A stretch of 63,076 nucleotides of DNA, filler included, from Squatina squatina (taxonomy: Eukaryota), in the NCBI GenBank assembly GCA_031763465.1. It is 3 parts of 2 records of this genome, joined end to end, with 100 filler letters (N's around TTAATTAATTAA, not from the genome) between each part and the next. Parts side by side here need not be neighbours in the genome. Positions count along the whole stretch, not along the records: positions 19,105 to 48,227 come from JARFOE010000219.1; positions 48,328 to 63,076 come from JARFOE010000219.1; 1 more part is not named here. One strand, written 5' to 3'. The notes beneath the pieces are model-generated. The model was not told where the DNA came from, made no database searches, and saw only the letters and a list, made by a program, of their open reading frames with translations. This document shows, in pieces, positions 40,001 to 53,331 of the stretch. The position numbers and the translations under genes were made by a program. Positions within the stretch are counted from its first letter, which is position 1. Every line of letters starts with the position of its first letter.

Positions 40001-41685
40001 TTACATTGTTACTTTATTTGCAATAACAGTATGGGGAGACCTAAAAAGAGACAGTAGTGTAAGCAAGGTTAGTGCAAATTCTGTTTTGGCTTTAAAAAGG
40101 TTCAGTCAGACAGACCTCTTTGTTTACTGTACACCCTATGGATGTGAAGGCATACAGTAATCTGAGTAGGAATTGTCCTGTCTGGCTATTATAAAAGGAT
40201 TGATAANNNNNNNNNNNNNNNNNNNNNNNNNNNNNNNNNNNNNNNNNNNNNNNNNNNNNNNNNNNNNNNNNNNNNNNNNNNNNNNNNNNNNNNNNNNNNN
40301 NNNNNNTATGGGATAAGATTGTTTTATGAAATTAATGTACTGCTGCAACACAATGAACATTAACTTAATCAACTAAACCTTTAATAGGGACTAAACAGTG
40401 TTTTGTGTTTCTGTACATCTTTTGATAGTTACAGTTTTCCAGTATCTATATCTGAAGTGTGGGAGGAACTAATTTTCAGAAGGACATTTTGATGAGCAGG
40501 TTTATACTATCCACTGAAGCACAGTGTGTTTTATTTCCTTGCAGAATGTTTTTATATGGTATTCTTGTACCAACAAAGGCACCTTTATCAAAAGGTTACA
40601 AGAATGTTTTATATGACATCTAAACTATTTATTTTTTTAGAATTTTATACTCCAGATCTCTGTTTGTTGTTTGTCTTGTTTGGTCATTAGTTCCAGTCTG
40701 ACAGGCTTTGCTGTTGGATTTGGCTTTCACTACCTCTCCCAAGATCTAACAATAAAGCTTTGTTGTTTTAAATATTTGCTGTACATGAGTGGATGCAGCT
40801 TCAGGTTTTTAATGTTAAAAAATGTTCATGGGGGAGGGGAATTTAATTTATCAAGAGCAATGTAACTTTTCTTCTTAAATGTGAAGCCGTTGAGATAGAC
40901 TTACATATTTATGATCTAGATTGATTTTATTCCAATTCCGTTTTTAACTTTCATCAATTATCTGAAAATATTATAACCCAACATTATAGCTTGCTTGTTT
41001 TGGGGTTTCTATTTTGAACTGAGCATTTACGTTAGACAAAATTGTGCACATTCAAGAACTACGTACTCTAGCAGCGGTGCCAGAGGATTTCTTGTTTAGT
41101 TATATAGTACTGTAACTGTAGATATTCTGACATCTGACCTGTAAACAAATGTATTGCCTCTTTTTATTTCTGTATATTACCTATAATGAGATTAACTACC
41201 CAAAGCCATTCTGTTGATGAAAGACTACCATCAGGGAATGCTTATGATGTTGGGAATGAGGAAATCCACTGATGACAAGTGTAATTATTTGGGTGAACCA
41301 ATTTTTGCAATTTGCACACTGAGCTAGACACTTTCAATACAGTATGAAGCCAACAACTATCACAATATAATTGAAATATGAGATGAAAAATTTTGCTAAC
41401 CTTGTATCTTAAGTTGATGTTTCCTTATGTTCTGAAATATCGATATGAACAGATAAATTCATGATTGCGCTCATTGTGTTCTGGAACAAATATAACTGGG
41501 AGAGGGATGGTGTTTGAAAACAAAGTTGAATTACACCGAGATATCCAGAAAATGTCTCATTTCTCCATTATATTGATATATTGTGTAAACACAGGCAATA
41601 TGGAGGAGCTTCCCTGTTAATATAAAGACATACTTTTGCAATAGTCTATCTTCCTCCTATCCCCACCATCACACAGCCCTTACAG

Positions 41686-42367
41686 ATTTGAGCACATAAT
41701 CCAGGCTGACAGTTCATTACAGTACTAAGGGAGAACTGCATTGTTGGAATTGCCACCTTTCAGGTAATATGTTAAACCTAGGCCTTCTCAGGGACACTGA
41801 AGATCCCATGGCACAATTTAAATAACCGCAGAGAGTCCGTTTGGCATTGCGGCCAACATTCCCGTATTAACCAGCACCATCAAAAATATATTATTTGGTG
41901 ATTCATCAATTGTGGGGCCTTACTATGCATAAATTGGCTGCCACATTTGCCTATATAACTGTGGCTGCACTTCAAAAAAATAATTCATTGATTGTAAAGT
42001 GCTTTGGGAAGTCATGCTACATAAATACAAGTTTGTTTGTTTATTCTTTCTTTCTCACTCTCTCTCTGGCCCTCTCCATTCATTAACCAGCTTAATTTGC
42101 CCTCTCGGGTAAAAGATCCTATGATACTCTTCAAAGAAGAGCAGGAGAGTTCTCCTGGTGTCCTGACTAGCATTTATCCCTCAGCCAATATTGCTTAAAA
42201 AAAAAGTTCAATTTGTCTTTTATCTCATTGCTCTTTGTGGGACCTTGCTGTGCACAAATTGGCTTCCACTTCACAACAGTAACTCCACTTCAAAAGCACT
42301 TAATTGGCTGAAAAGCGCTTTGGGACATCCTGAGATTATAAAAAAGGTACTCTATAAATGCAAGTAA
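41686..42367 (+). mobile_element. Two adjacent Deu-SINE fragments (~41686-42033 and ~42097-42367)
   Basis: Each has the AAGATCCyATG core, AAATTGGCT, CACTTCAAAA and the GCTTTGGGA..TAAAT(G/A)CAAGT tail. Confidence 0.8.
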
Positions 42368-43189
42368 TTTCTTAGCTGCAGAGCTGTCAGGATTTAGTTC
42401 TGCTTCTCCCATACCCAAGGAGAGTAACCGAGAGAGTGCTATTGAGAAGTGATGCTATCTTAGCCTCAACGGTGTAAGTGAAAGCATAATGCTAATAATA
42501 ACAGAATAATGGCATTAACTGAACTTTTTCGCTTGCATTCTGGATCGGTCTCTCTTGATTTCTGTCGGAGGGGTAGAAACAACAGTGAATCTTGGGGAAA
42601 GGAATGGATGAACAAGGACAAGATGGGATTGACCCATTCATCACCTACTTGGGATTTACAGATGCTTTAACGGAGAAGTTCCAAATGGATTATTTGACAT
42701 GTTGCTATTAACTTTTAAGTTGAAATACATTATATGATGGACAGTCTATGATTTTTAGCTATGAGGAAATATTTAGCATTCTGAGCAAAGATGTTTAGTG
42801 TGAAGTCAATTGGCACCTTATACTAGCCTATCAGACTCTGGTATGAATCAACTCTTATAATNNNNNNNNNNNNNNNNNNNNNNNNNNNNNNNNNNNNNNN
42901 NNNNNNNNNNNNNNNNNNNNNNNNNNNNNNNNNNNNNNNNNNNNNNNNNNNNNNNNNNNNNTCTTAAATGGTACTTGCTCAGTGTTGTTACCGCCTCGAA
43001 AAATTGATGATACAAAAATTAGAAACAATCTAATTTTTCCTCCACTACAGTATATATTTTTGGCGTTATTTCAGCAAATCCAGCAGAAAAACAAACACTC
43101 AACAGTACAGGTTGTCATTTAACAGATATGGATTTGTAATTTAACTTGATTTTTCCAGATAAACCAGTGATTACAGCCTTGTAACTCAC

Positions 43190-43823
43190 TCCCTGACACT
43201 TTCTGTTCCGCACATTACAAAAACTCGAGGAGTTTCACCATCAGCATCTCCTTCAATACTAGATATCAAATGATTTGAAATACCTTGTTGCTTTATTCAG
43301 TTCAGTAGATTCTTATGTGAATATTTATTTAAAAAATAGCAAGTGCTGATGATATCAGTACTGACTGAAAGATGTATTGAGCCAGACCATGTGAGGAAAC
43401 TAAATTAACAGTTAAGGCTGAGTAATTCCTGGGCTTGTCACTAGCTCTACCACTAAACAAAAAAGACATTTCTGCCGATGTTGGAAATCTGATAAAATAC
43501 AGAACATGCCGGCAACACTCAAAGTCTGGCTATTTTCCTTTCTTTACAGATTCTGCCTGACTTGCTAAGTGTTTCCAGCATTTTCAGTGTTTACTTTCCA
43601 CCAATAATAATGCAACTCTCCAAAGGCAAGTCTTAACAACTCTCCCAAGCAATTATCTTGATGATCACTGTTTACAAAAGAACTTGTAATACTAACCTTC
43701 AGAGCTGAACTTGCAGAGAGGATCTCCTGGTTTTGTGAGAATAGAGAGCTTGTGGGGCACAGTACTCCATTTGTAAAAAAGCCAGAAAATTCAGTTTCAC
43801 TACAGTCAGCAGTGTGAAATGTG
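43190..43823 (-). pseudogene. CLBA1 (C14orf79)-like coding sequence, apparently interrupted at ~43297-43609
   Basis: 43823-43610 reads EFSGF..LFSQNQEIL..LLRLAFGELH, resembling human CLBA1 EFEGF..QFSQSLELL..ILKCAFQEI. 43296-43190 continues IKQQGISNHL...ESVR to a GA|GTGAGT donor. Position and strand between CDCA4 and AHNAK2 match human synteny. Similarity is weak and judged from memory. Confidence 0.5.
43472..43603. mobile_element. Short hairpin element, probably a Penelope-associated terminal repeat
   Basis: Imperfect inverted arms ACAGAACATGCCGGCAACACTCA and TAAGTGTTTCCAGCATTTTCAGTGT. Confidence 0.65.
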
Positions 43824-44349
43824 NNNNNNNNNNNNNNNNNNNNNNNNNNNNNNNNNNNNNNNNNNNNNNNNNNNNNNNNNNNNNNNNNNNNNNNNNNNNN
43901 NNNNNNNNNNNNNNNNNNNNNNNGTAGCCGATATCCTACCTGTTTGTGTGACTGCATAAATAAAAGTAAGCACATTTTTATGTTCCTTTCATGGTGCATG
44001 GTTTAAAATGGTGTGGATCACCATTTCAGATTTTAATCTGAATTAAAACATTGTATTGCAGATCTGACCTGGAGGTGAGGCTTGTATAAATTTTTTGTTC
44101 AGACTGGGCAAAATGAAGATCTAAGTTAATAGAGCTTTAAGGGTATATCTGCTACAAATACTGCAATGTTTTAATGCATGAATCTGTTGGACAACACAAT
44201 TCATTAAGTTGCGTAAGGATATATCACAGTTCAATTCCGATCAACTTCAGTCTAAGAGGAACGAATTACAGGGAAATTGCAACACACAAAATAGTCCATG
44301 TTGGTATTCAGTTCATCTAAAACCCTGCTACCCATATCCTATCCCACAC

Positions 44350-44787
44350 CAGGTCTTGCTCACCTATGATATGGTCCTCTCCTACTTACATTGGCTCCCT
44401 GTCACCCAATGCTTCCAATTTAAATTCTCATCCTCATGTTTATATCCCTTCATGGCATTGCCCCTCTTTATCTCTGGAACATCTTCCAGGTATACATAAC
44501 CCGCAAACTCTTTAGTCTCTGTTTTTTATGGATCATTCCCTCCCTTCACCCCACCACTGGCAGCCGTGTTTTCAGCCTCCTACACCCCACACTCTGGAAT
44601 TTCCTCCCTAAACCTCTTTGCTTCACCACCTCCCTCTCCTTCTTTAAGACCCTTCTTATAACCCACCTCTTTGACCAAGCTTTAGGTCACTCCTTCAAAT
44701 ATCTCCTCTGGCTCACCATCTATTTTTGTGGGATTATGCCTCTGTGAAGCCCCTTGGGTCATTTTTCTACATTATATATAAATGCAG
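44350..44787 (+). mobile_element. L2 LINE 3' end
   Basis: LHWLPVTQCFQFK, SLHGIAPLYL, TLWNFLP and FKTLLITHLF, plus the TATATAAATGCA tail. Confidence 0.85.
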
Positions 44788-47106
44788 TTTATACCAATAA
44801 TTCTGAGTTAGTCTTAAACTACCGTGACTAAACTGGGAATAAAGGGATCTCTGATTGCTCAGCCTTGGTCTAAATGCAGCAGTCCAGTTGTTGCTTTAAA
44901 ACTGTGGGTTTCAATTTCAAAGGGCATTACCCTTGACGACACTACTTTAGTTTTGGCTAGGCAGCTTGATTAGTAGAGACCCAGTTGCATTTGACTCCAA
45001 TGGACCGCCCCCTTAAGCCTTACATAGATGAAACTAGCTTCACAAAAAACTCTGCTGTCACTCATACACTGGTAGAAAGCAGCAGTCAGGGCTGGCGATC
45101 AGGGCTCGTTCATTTCAGGGCTAGTTTCTACAAATTCTTAAGATTCCATGGTCTAGGACTTTGCAAGATCTTCTGGTAAGTTTTAGGATTGCATTTTTCC
45201 CTTATATGCTAAGTTAATAGAGTCTGCAGTAAAAGCAGGTTTGAGTGTGTCAAACTGAAAATCTTAATCACAGATTGTTTGTTATTTTATAAGGTTCTAT
45301 CCTGTTGAAGCCAAACTCGAAAGATGTATACTTCTAATCAGCATTTGTCATTAAATTAATGCCATGCGACTACCTTTTTGAATGTGTTTACTGGTATCCC
45401 CAGGACATAACTGAGAGTATTGGTCTGGTACTTATTAAGACGTGTGCAGGATCAAAATATCACTCCTGGTTATTTTGTATTTTTGCCAAGGAAACTTGAC
45501 TCAGGAAACAAGGCTCGTAGCTGTAAAAAAAAATAGAAAAACAGTATTTGGTCAAGACAGTTGTAAAGGAGACGATCATGCTACTGCATATCTGAAGGGC
45601 AAGAACTTCAGGCATGTACATTATGGTTTTGATTACCATGCTGGGTACAAATCACACAAGGTCAGAATTTCTTAACGGTGGAAAGCCTGCCATTAGAATT
45701 TTGATTAGCATTAAAAGACAAATTTAAACTATATTTTTCGCTGCTTGATAATTTTAACTTAGAAGTAGAAATTAATATTACGCTTTTTGCTAAAATTATT
45801 GAAGGGACAAAAATAAACTTCAAATTCCAGGTAATCTCAAATGATACACAATATGCACATCATTTAACACAGAAACCATTAGCTCCCGTTTATTACAAAA
45901 CCAAAGCAGAAGTAATGTAAACTACCTTTTCATTTGGATTGTATTATTTATCTCACCTGCAAATCACGCACAAAGTAAGGAGCAATAGGGTCAAACAGTA
46001 ATGAAAGGATGTTCGGCAGATCTGGGACTGAGAATGCAAGCAGCTGAATGTTAACTGGTAAATCGGTAAACAGGCGAGCCAGAGTAAAGTTTAACTGTAC
46101 ACTGCCTGNNNNNNNNNNNNNNNNNNNNNNNNNNNNNNNNNNNNNNNNNNNNNNNNNNNNNNNNNNNNNNNNNNNNNNNNNNNNNNNNNNNNNNNNNNNN
46201 NNNNNNNNAGTTCCCAATACTAAAGCTGCTTGTTCTTTGAATGGCAATGGACCCATGTAATTATATCCCTCCTGCAGCAGCAAGTGGAAGAAAATACATG
46301 GCAGAGCTCGCAATTGCTCACTTCGCCAGACAAATATCAATCTCGACTCCGACACACCTGACCCATGGTAATGTTTGTATCAGGTTAATGTCTGCCATTC
46401 CTAGCACTATATTCCTGACATTCCTGTGTTTATATGTAGCAGCAGAAATCCCTAATATATTTTACTTACGATGGCTGCTATAGAATTAGTGTCTGGGCTT
46501 ATGCCATGTGACTCACATGAACTGCTAATTATTTTTAGCTTGGAATGCTGTTTGCCTGCCCAATGATCCATTTAGAAGAGCAGGCTTTCCCCCCATGACT
46601 TACTCATGGGATTCATGTCAGTAGCACATACGGCTCTAGATTAGAAAACTAAATGCACAACCCCAAACTTCTCAAAACATGTTTTTGAAAACTTCTCAAA
46701 GAAACCATTATTCTAGGAATAATGCTGTCATTATGTTGGTTTGTAGCAATTTGCTTACATCACTGGACAGANNNNNNNNNNNNNNNNNNNNNNNNNNNNN
46801 NNNNNNNNNNNNNNNNNNNNNNNNNNNNNNNNNNNNNNNNNNNNNNNNNNNNNNNNNNNNNNNNNNNNNNNGTTTTACAGTATGATGGCAAGAACAGGTT
46901 GTACCTCATTGTTCTAAGTATGATTTAAAATGTTCTTGCCTGGTAGAGTTATGACCTAGGAATCAGTGACCATGCTAGAAACAGGACATAGCTAACTATT
47001 TGCGTGGAGTATCAGACCCTATGTAACCAGAACTCCTAAGTATTTCTGCAGCTTTTGTTCTATCTTATATGATTATTAAGTACCATTTATTTTAATACTT
47101 TTATAG

Positions 47107-47159
47107 GTTCAGTCCAGTGTTTAAAAGATGCTGAGGCAGACCCTGGCGAACGTGATTCT
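47107..47159 (+). CDS. AHNAK2: AHNAK2 N-terminal small exon, 53 bp
   Basis: TTTTATAG|GT...TCT|GTAAGT. Encodes (G)SVQCLKDAEADPGERDS and is phase-compatible with the next exon. Confidence 0.7.
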
Positions 47160-47767
47160 GTAAGTAATTAAAAAAAACTGTAAGACATCTAAATGCACTT
47201 TGGCTAAATGGTTTTATATGTTATTATTTTTAGAACTCTGTGTAGTACACTGGGGCTTCAAAGTAGTTTTAAAAATTAAATTTAGGATTTATTAAATGCA
47301 TTATCAGAGAATTTTATCGTGCAAGCTGAAATCAAAATTTACATAAAATACTATTGCGCTTTTGTGTTAGCTTCAGCCTTGAGTGTTCTTACTACTTTGT
47401 TAAATTTTTAACACTCTCCCAGAAATGTCTAGATCTTATAGAAAGTGTTAAGAGATGGTTAGTGAACTTAAAAACATATATGCAATCAGAGTAGTGTCAA
47501 TGATTGTTTTGATTATTGATATTCCATTGCAAAATATAAAAAGCTTCATTTAAAAAAAATCCATTTCAAGATTCTGTATGCACGATCATGCTGATTGGCC
47601 TTTCATATTGACATTTTATTTATTGAGACTATCATAGAACCATAGAGATTTACAGCACAGAAGGAGGCCATTCGGTCCATCTTGTCTGTGCTGGTACTAG
47701 TTAATATTTCATTTAAGTATTAATTTCATTTTAGGTTATTTAATATTAGTAATTCATTCTCTCACAG

Positions 47768-47872
47768 GTGTGTGAGCTGCCAACAGAATTTGTAGAAACT
47801 GTTCGACCAAGGCCTCACGGGTCTTCACCGGTATATGACTACTCACTAACAGAAGAATACAAAGACAAAAAG
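47768..47872 (+). CDS. AHNAK2: AHNAK2 N-terminal exon, 105 bp
   Basis: CTCTCACAG|GTG...AAG|GTAAG. Encodes VCELPTEFVETVRPRPHGSSPVYDYSLTEEYKDKK; human AHNAK2 has IRPRPQGSSPVYEY. Same orientation as CDCA4, as in human. Confidence 0.85.
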
Positions 47873-48227
47873 GTAAGGAAATAAATGTGAGGTTGAAACA
47901 ACAATAATAAAACTGGCTAAAATCAGTAGTGATCTGCGATCCATTATTGGATGAAAATTCATAGATCGTCCGCTCACGGTTTCCTGAGGTCTGTTTTCTG
48001 TGAACGTCACTCCCTTCTGGGAATGTCGAATTGTGGAATTCCCCCCCCCACCCCACCCCACCTTAAGGTAAATCCTGAAATTATTTTGCAGTGCTGCATT
48101 TGTCTGTTTGCAAATAAAGCTCATCCTGTTATTCTTGTACACACAACAATTCTACTAAATTTGACAAGATTAACTTTTATTATATTGAGACGTATATATG
48201 TACAGCCTAGAATAATAGGTTTGCAAT

Positions 48228-48327
48228 NNNNNNNNNNNNNNNNNNNNNNNNNNNNNNNNNNNNNNNNNNNNTTAATTAATTAANNNNNNNNNNNNNNNNN
48301 NNNNNNNNNNNNNNNNNNNNNNNNNNN
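48228..48327. other. Artificial scaffold linker (44 N + TTAATTAATTAA + 44 N)
   Basis: 12-mer at 48272-48283, same layout as 19005-19104. Confidence 0.97.
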
Positions 48328-49080
48328 CCTCGAGCCTGTTAAGCTATTCAATGAGATCAAGGGTGATCTGTCTCATAACCCCATTTTTAAAAAAATGATT
48401 TGTTCATGGGATGTTGGCATCGCCAACAAGGCCAGCATTTATTGCCCATCCCTAATTGCTCTTGAGAAGGCAGTGGTGAGCCACCTTATTCAACTGAGTG
48501 GCTTGTCTGGGCTATTTCAGGAGTCAACCACATTGCTGTGGGTCTGGAGCCATATATAGGCCAGACCAGGTAAGAATGGCAGATCTCCTTCCCTAACGGA
48601 CATTAGTGAAGCAGGTGGGTTTTTACAACAATCTGGTAAAGTTTCATGGTCACCATTACTGATACCAGCATTTTTTTTTCAGATTTATTTAATTAACTGA
48701 ATTTAAATTCCCCAGTTGCCATGGTGGGATTTGAACTCATATGCCTGGATTATTAGTCCAGTGACATAACAACTACGCTACCATTTACCCACCTTGACTC
48801 CGTATTCTTTTTTACACTTGGCTAGCGAAAATCCATTAATCTCAGCTTTACAATTATTCATTGAGCTGGCATTTACTGCTTTTTGCAGGAGAGAATTCCA
48901 CACTTTGCATGAAGAAGTGTTTCCCAACTCTCTCCTGAATGGCCTGGCTCTGATTTCAAGGTATGTCCTTTTGTCCTAGACTCATCCTCCAGTGGAAAAA
49001 AGGTTTCTCCCTATCTACCCTATCAATTTCTTTCAAAAAATCCTAAAACCCTCAATCAGATCACTCCCATAACCTTCCAT
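48328..49080 (-). mobile_element. CR1 3' fragment split by a nested SINE
   Basis: CR1 tail sequence stops at 48386 and resumes at 48787 (ACCCACCTTGACTCCGTAT..GGAGAGAATTCCAC..CCTATCTACCCTATCAA). Confidence 0.7.
48387..48780 (-). mobile_element. Full-length tRNA-derived SINE with 6-bp target-site duplication
   Basis: Head TAGCGTAGTTG (A box) and GAGTTCAAATCC (B box). Flanking direct repeat CCATTT at 48381-86 and 48781-86. The 3' tail is shared with the LINE end at 55952-56178. Confidence 0.85.
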
Positions 49081-49366
49081 TTGCCCCACAGAAGCTTTCT
49101 TGCTGGTCAGAAGCAGCTCTGTACCTGGCCTCAGGAGAGAAGAGGACCTTTAGGTCAGTCTAAAACATTCCTTTGTGAGTTTTGATGGGGCAGGAGTGTT
49201 TCGCCGGGCCACACATGGAAAGTCACAGCCTCCCTTGCCCTGGCCTAGCGCCCCCTCCCCCACACCCCATTTGAACCTAATGGGGAAGGTTGCAACATGG
49301 GAAAGTATCGTTCATGGGTTGTCCATGTCCATAGATCACTCTCATGATTACTGTTCAGATTATTGA

Positions 49367-49600
49367 TCATAGAAACATAGAAAATAGGAGCAGGAGTTGG
49401 CCATTCGGCCCTTTGAGCCTGCTCCGCCATTCAATATGATCATGGCCGATCCTCTATCTCAACTCCATATTGCCGCTTTCTCCCCATATCCCTTGATGCC
49501 TTTAGTATCTAGAGATCTATCTACCTCCTTCTTGAATATATTCAATGACTTGGCCTCCACAGCCTTCTGTGGCAGAGAATTCCACAGGTTCATCACCCAC
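49367..49600 (-). mobile_element. CR1/HER1-type 3' end
   Basis: WVMNLWNSLPQKAVEAKSLNIFKKEVDRSLDTKGIKGYG plus the conserved tail. Confidence 0.9.
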
Positions 49601-50079
49601 TTGTTGTGGTAGCTGTTTGGATATTTGACATTAACATGTAGGGTAAGGCAATTCGCATCACACACTCCTTGAAAAGAACAAATTTGCAGGGCTTTGGGGA
49701 AAGAGCAGGGGAGTGGGACTAATTGGAGAGCTCTTTCACAGAACCGGCACAGGCACAATGTGCTGAATGGCCTCCTTCAATGCTGATGATGTATGTATGT
49801 ATGATTCTATGTATAATTCTACTAGCATGACTCAGAGGTGAGAGTGGTGCCAATTGAGCCACAGCTGACACCTTCCACTCTACCTCTAGTGGCTTCTGCA
49901 TTGCAGCTTCACTAAAGTTGCAGGCTAAATCTGGAGACAAAGCCAAATTTGACTTTGGAGAGATGCAGTGTGAGACTCCCTAGAAGGGGCAGATATATTG
50001 TCCATCTTCTAAAGCGATGCAGGATGTAATAGGATCTAACATACTGCCCAGTACACACAGGTAGAGTGTCAAATAACTA

Positions 50080-50405
50080 CACCAACTTGCATTTAGATAG
50101 CGCCTTTAACATAATAAAACATCCCAGGGTTCTTAGCAGGAGCGTTATTGACCAGAATTTGAAACCGAGACACATAAGGAGATTTTAGGGCAGATAACCA
50201 AAAGCTTGGTAAAAGATGTAGGTTTTAAGAAGTGTCTAAAAGGAGGAGAGAGAGGTGGAAAGGTTTAGGGAGGGAATTCCAGAGCTTAGGGTCTAGGCAG
50301 CTGAAGGCACGGCTGCCAATGGTGGAGTGATGGAAATCAGGGATGCTCAAGAGACCAGAATACGAGGAGCGCAGATATCTCGGAAAGTTGTAGGTCTGGA
50401 GGAGG
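50080..50405 (-). mobile_element. L2 LINE 3' end
   Basis: Colinear with 27400-27720 (CAACTTGCATTTA..AGCGCCTTTAAC, GGGAATTCCAGAGCTTAGG..GCAGCTGAAGG). Confidence 0.85.
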
Positions 50406-50655
50406 TTAAAGTTTAAAAAGTAGCTCGGAGCTCACTGGGTCTTTTTAAATCTATCCAGAGTTAATTGAAATGTTTTCAAAATGTGCAACTTGGTTCCAAA
50501 CATTTAAACTTGAATTGCTGGAGGAGGAGCTCTGAGCAAGCGTGCAACCAGGTGTAACTAATCATGCACACAGCTGGCAGTGCGCACAATTTATAATGCA
50601 CACAGCTTGTCCGCTGGCACTCGTCCCTTTGTGTGCTGAGTTGTAACGGTTGTCA

Positions 50656-50985
<330 letters not shown>

Positions 50986-52299
50986 CNNNNNNNNNNNNNN
51001 NNNNNNNNNNNNNNNNNNNNNNNNNNNNNNNNNNNNNNNNNNNNNNNNNNNNNNNNNNNNNNNNNNNNNNNNNNNNNNNNNNNNNNNNNNNNNNNNNNNN
51101 NNNNNNNNNNNNNNNNNNNNNNNNNNNNNNNNNNNNNNNNNNNNNNNNNNNNNNNNNNNNNNNNNNNNNNNNNNNNNNNNNNNNNNNNNNNNNNNNNNNN
51201 NNNNNNNNNNNNNNNNNNNNNNNNNNNNNNNNNNNNNNNNNNNNNNNNNNNNNNNNNNNNNNNNNNNNNNNNNNNNNNNNNNNNNNNNNNNNNNNNNNNN
51301 NNNNNNNNNNNNNNNNNNNNNNNNNNNNNNNNNNNNNNNNNNNNNNNNNNNNNNNNNNNNNNNNNNNNNNNNNNNNNNNNNNNNNNNNNNNNNNNNNNNN
51401 NNNNNNNNNNNNNNNNNNNNNNNNNNNNNNNNNNNNNNNNNNNNNNNNNNNNNNNNNNNNNNNNNNNNNNNNNNNNNNNNNNNNNNNNNNNNNNNNNNNN
51501 NNNNNNNNNNNNNNNNNNNNNNNNNNNNNNNNNNNNNNNNNNNNNNNNNNNNNNNNNNNNNNNNNNNNNNNNNNNNNNNNNNNNNNNNNNNNNNNNNNNN
51601 NNNNNNNNNNNNNNNNNNNNNNNNNNNNNNNNNNNNNNNNNNNNNNNNNNNNNNNNNNNNNNNNNNNNNNNNNNNNNNNNNNNNNNNNNNNNNNNNNNNN
51701 NNNNNNNNNNNNNNNNNNNNNNNNNNNNNNNNNNNNNNNNNNNNNNNNNNNNNNNNNNNNNNNNNNNNNNNNNNNNNNNNNNNNNNNNNNNNNNNNNNNN
51801 NNNNNNNNNNNNNNNNNNNNNNNNNNNNNNNNNNNNNNNNNNNNNNNNNNNNNNNNNNNNNNNNNNNNNNNNNNNNNNNNNNNNNNNNNNNNNNNNNNNN
51901 NNNNNNNNNNNNNNNNNNNNNNNNNNNNNNNNNNNNNNNNNNNNNNNNNNNNNNNNNNNNNNNNACAATAAAGGGGTGGCTAAGGACTGAAATAACTGAG
52001 CACTATGTTAAGATCAAAGGGCTGCAGAGCTTGGCCAGCAGATTGATACGTTACTGCTGCTGAATCTTGTGTTCAGTTTCACTGCAACAGCACAGGGGAA
52101 CAAAACAGAAAGGTCCGAGTGGGAAAGGGAGGGGGTGTTAAAGTGGAGTCACAGAGTCAGAGTGAGAACGGGAGGGGAATTAAAGTTTCTGCAATGAAAA
52201 GTATCTCACTCTTACCACTGACATTCCACAGATCAGTGAAGTGCATCATGCACAAGAAATGATCATCCTGACGTTCACAGTTCCCAGGGATTGGAAACA

Positions 52300-52570
52300 T
52301 TAATGACCAGGCTTGTATTCCCTTGATTAAGGGGTGATCTAATTGAGGTGTTTAACAGAGTGGAAATCTGGAACTCTCCCCCAAAAAAGCTGCTGAGGCT
52401 GGGGGTCAACTGAAAATGTAAAAACTGAGATCGATAGATTTGCGTTAGGCAAGAGTATTGAGCGTTACGGAACCAAGGTGGGTCGATAAGAGTTAAGATA
52501 CAGATCAGCCATGATCTAACTGAATGGCAGATCGGGCTCGAGGGGCTGACTGACCTCCTACTGTTCCGAC
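52300..52570 (+). mobile_element. CR1 3' fragment
   Basis: AGGGGTGATCTAATTGAGGTG, TCTGGAACTCTC, and tail GATCAGCCATGATCTAACTGAATGGC. Confidence 0.75.
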
Positions 52571-52924
52571 GCCTGGTTACTTCTTATGCTCACCTCATCT
52601 GCGCGTGCAGTAGATAAACCTGCATGTCCCAGGGCACTAAAGATAGGAATGGACAGCACAGGATCATTGTTTCTCAATAAAATCAGCCTCAACACTGCTC
52701 ATTTTGTGAAGGGAGGAGTCGGCCTGGGTCCCTGCTCCTAATCACACGCCTGTGACTGTTGCGATGAAATAGGGAGGAGGGGACAAGATGAATGTGAAGC
52801 TGCCCCACAGCCGAACAACCTACTTACGTCACTGTCCGGGCTCACACATTACCCATGGCCACTTTGTCAAGACATCACAAAGCCTGGTGGCTCCGACAGC
52901 TCTGCCTCAGTATTACAAACATCA

Positions 52925-53101
<177 letters not shown>

Positions 53102-53331
53102 TCAAGATAAAACACTGCCGTCACACCAGATCATCACTACAATTAAACGCAGCAGTTAACAGTAAGGAACCCACATCCCAACAAGTAAATCTCAAGTTTG
53201 TTCAGATTGTCACACAATCTGCTCCCCACTCCCCCCGGTCAAAGTATCCCAACACCACCCACCCCATCCCCATCATCTCACCACATCAGTTCTCTCCCCA
53301 TCCTCTCCCTGAAGTCATCAACTCCTCTTGT

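Noticed and set aside
43941-43970. LCDCI peptide as AHNAK2 first exon (MCDCF)
   Set aside because: No ATG and no further similarity, so likely chance.
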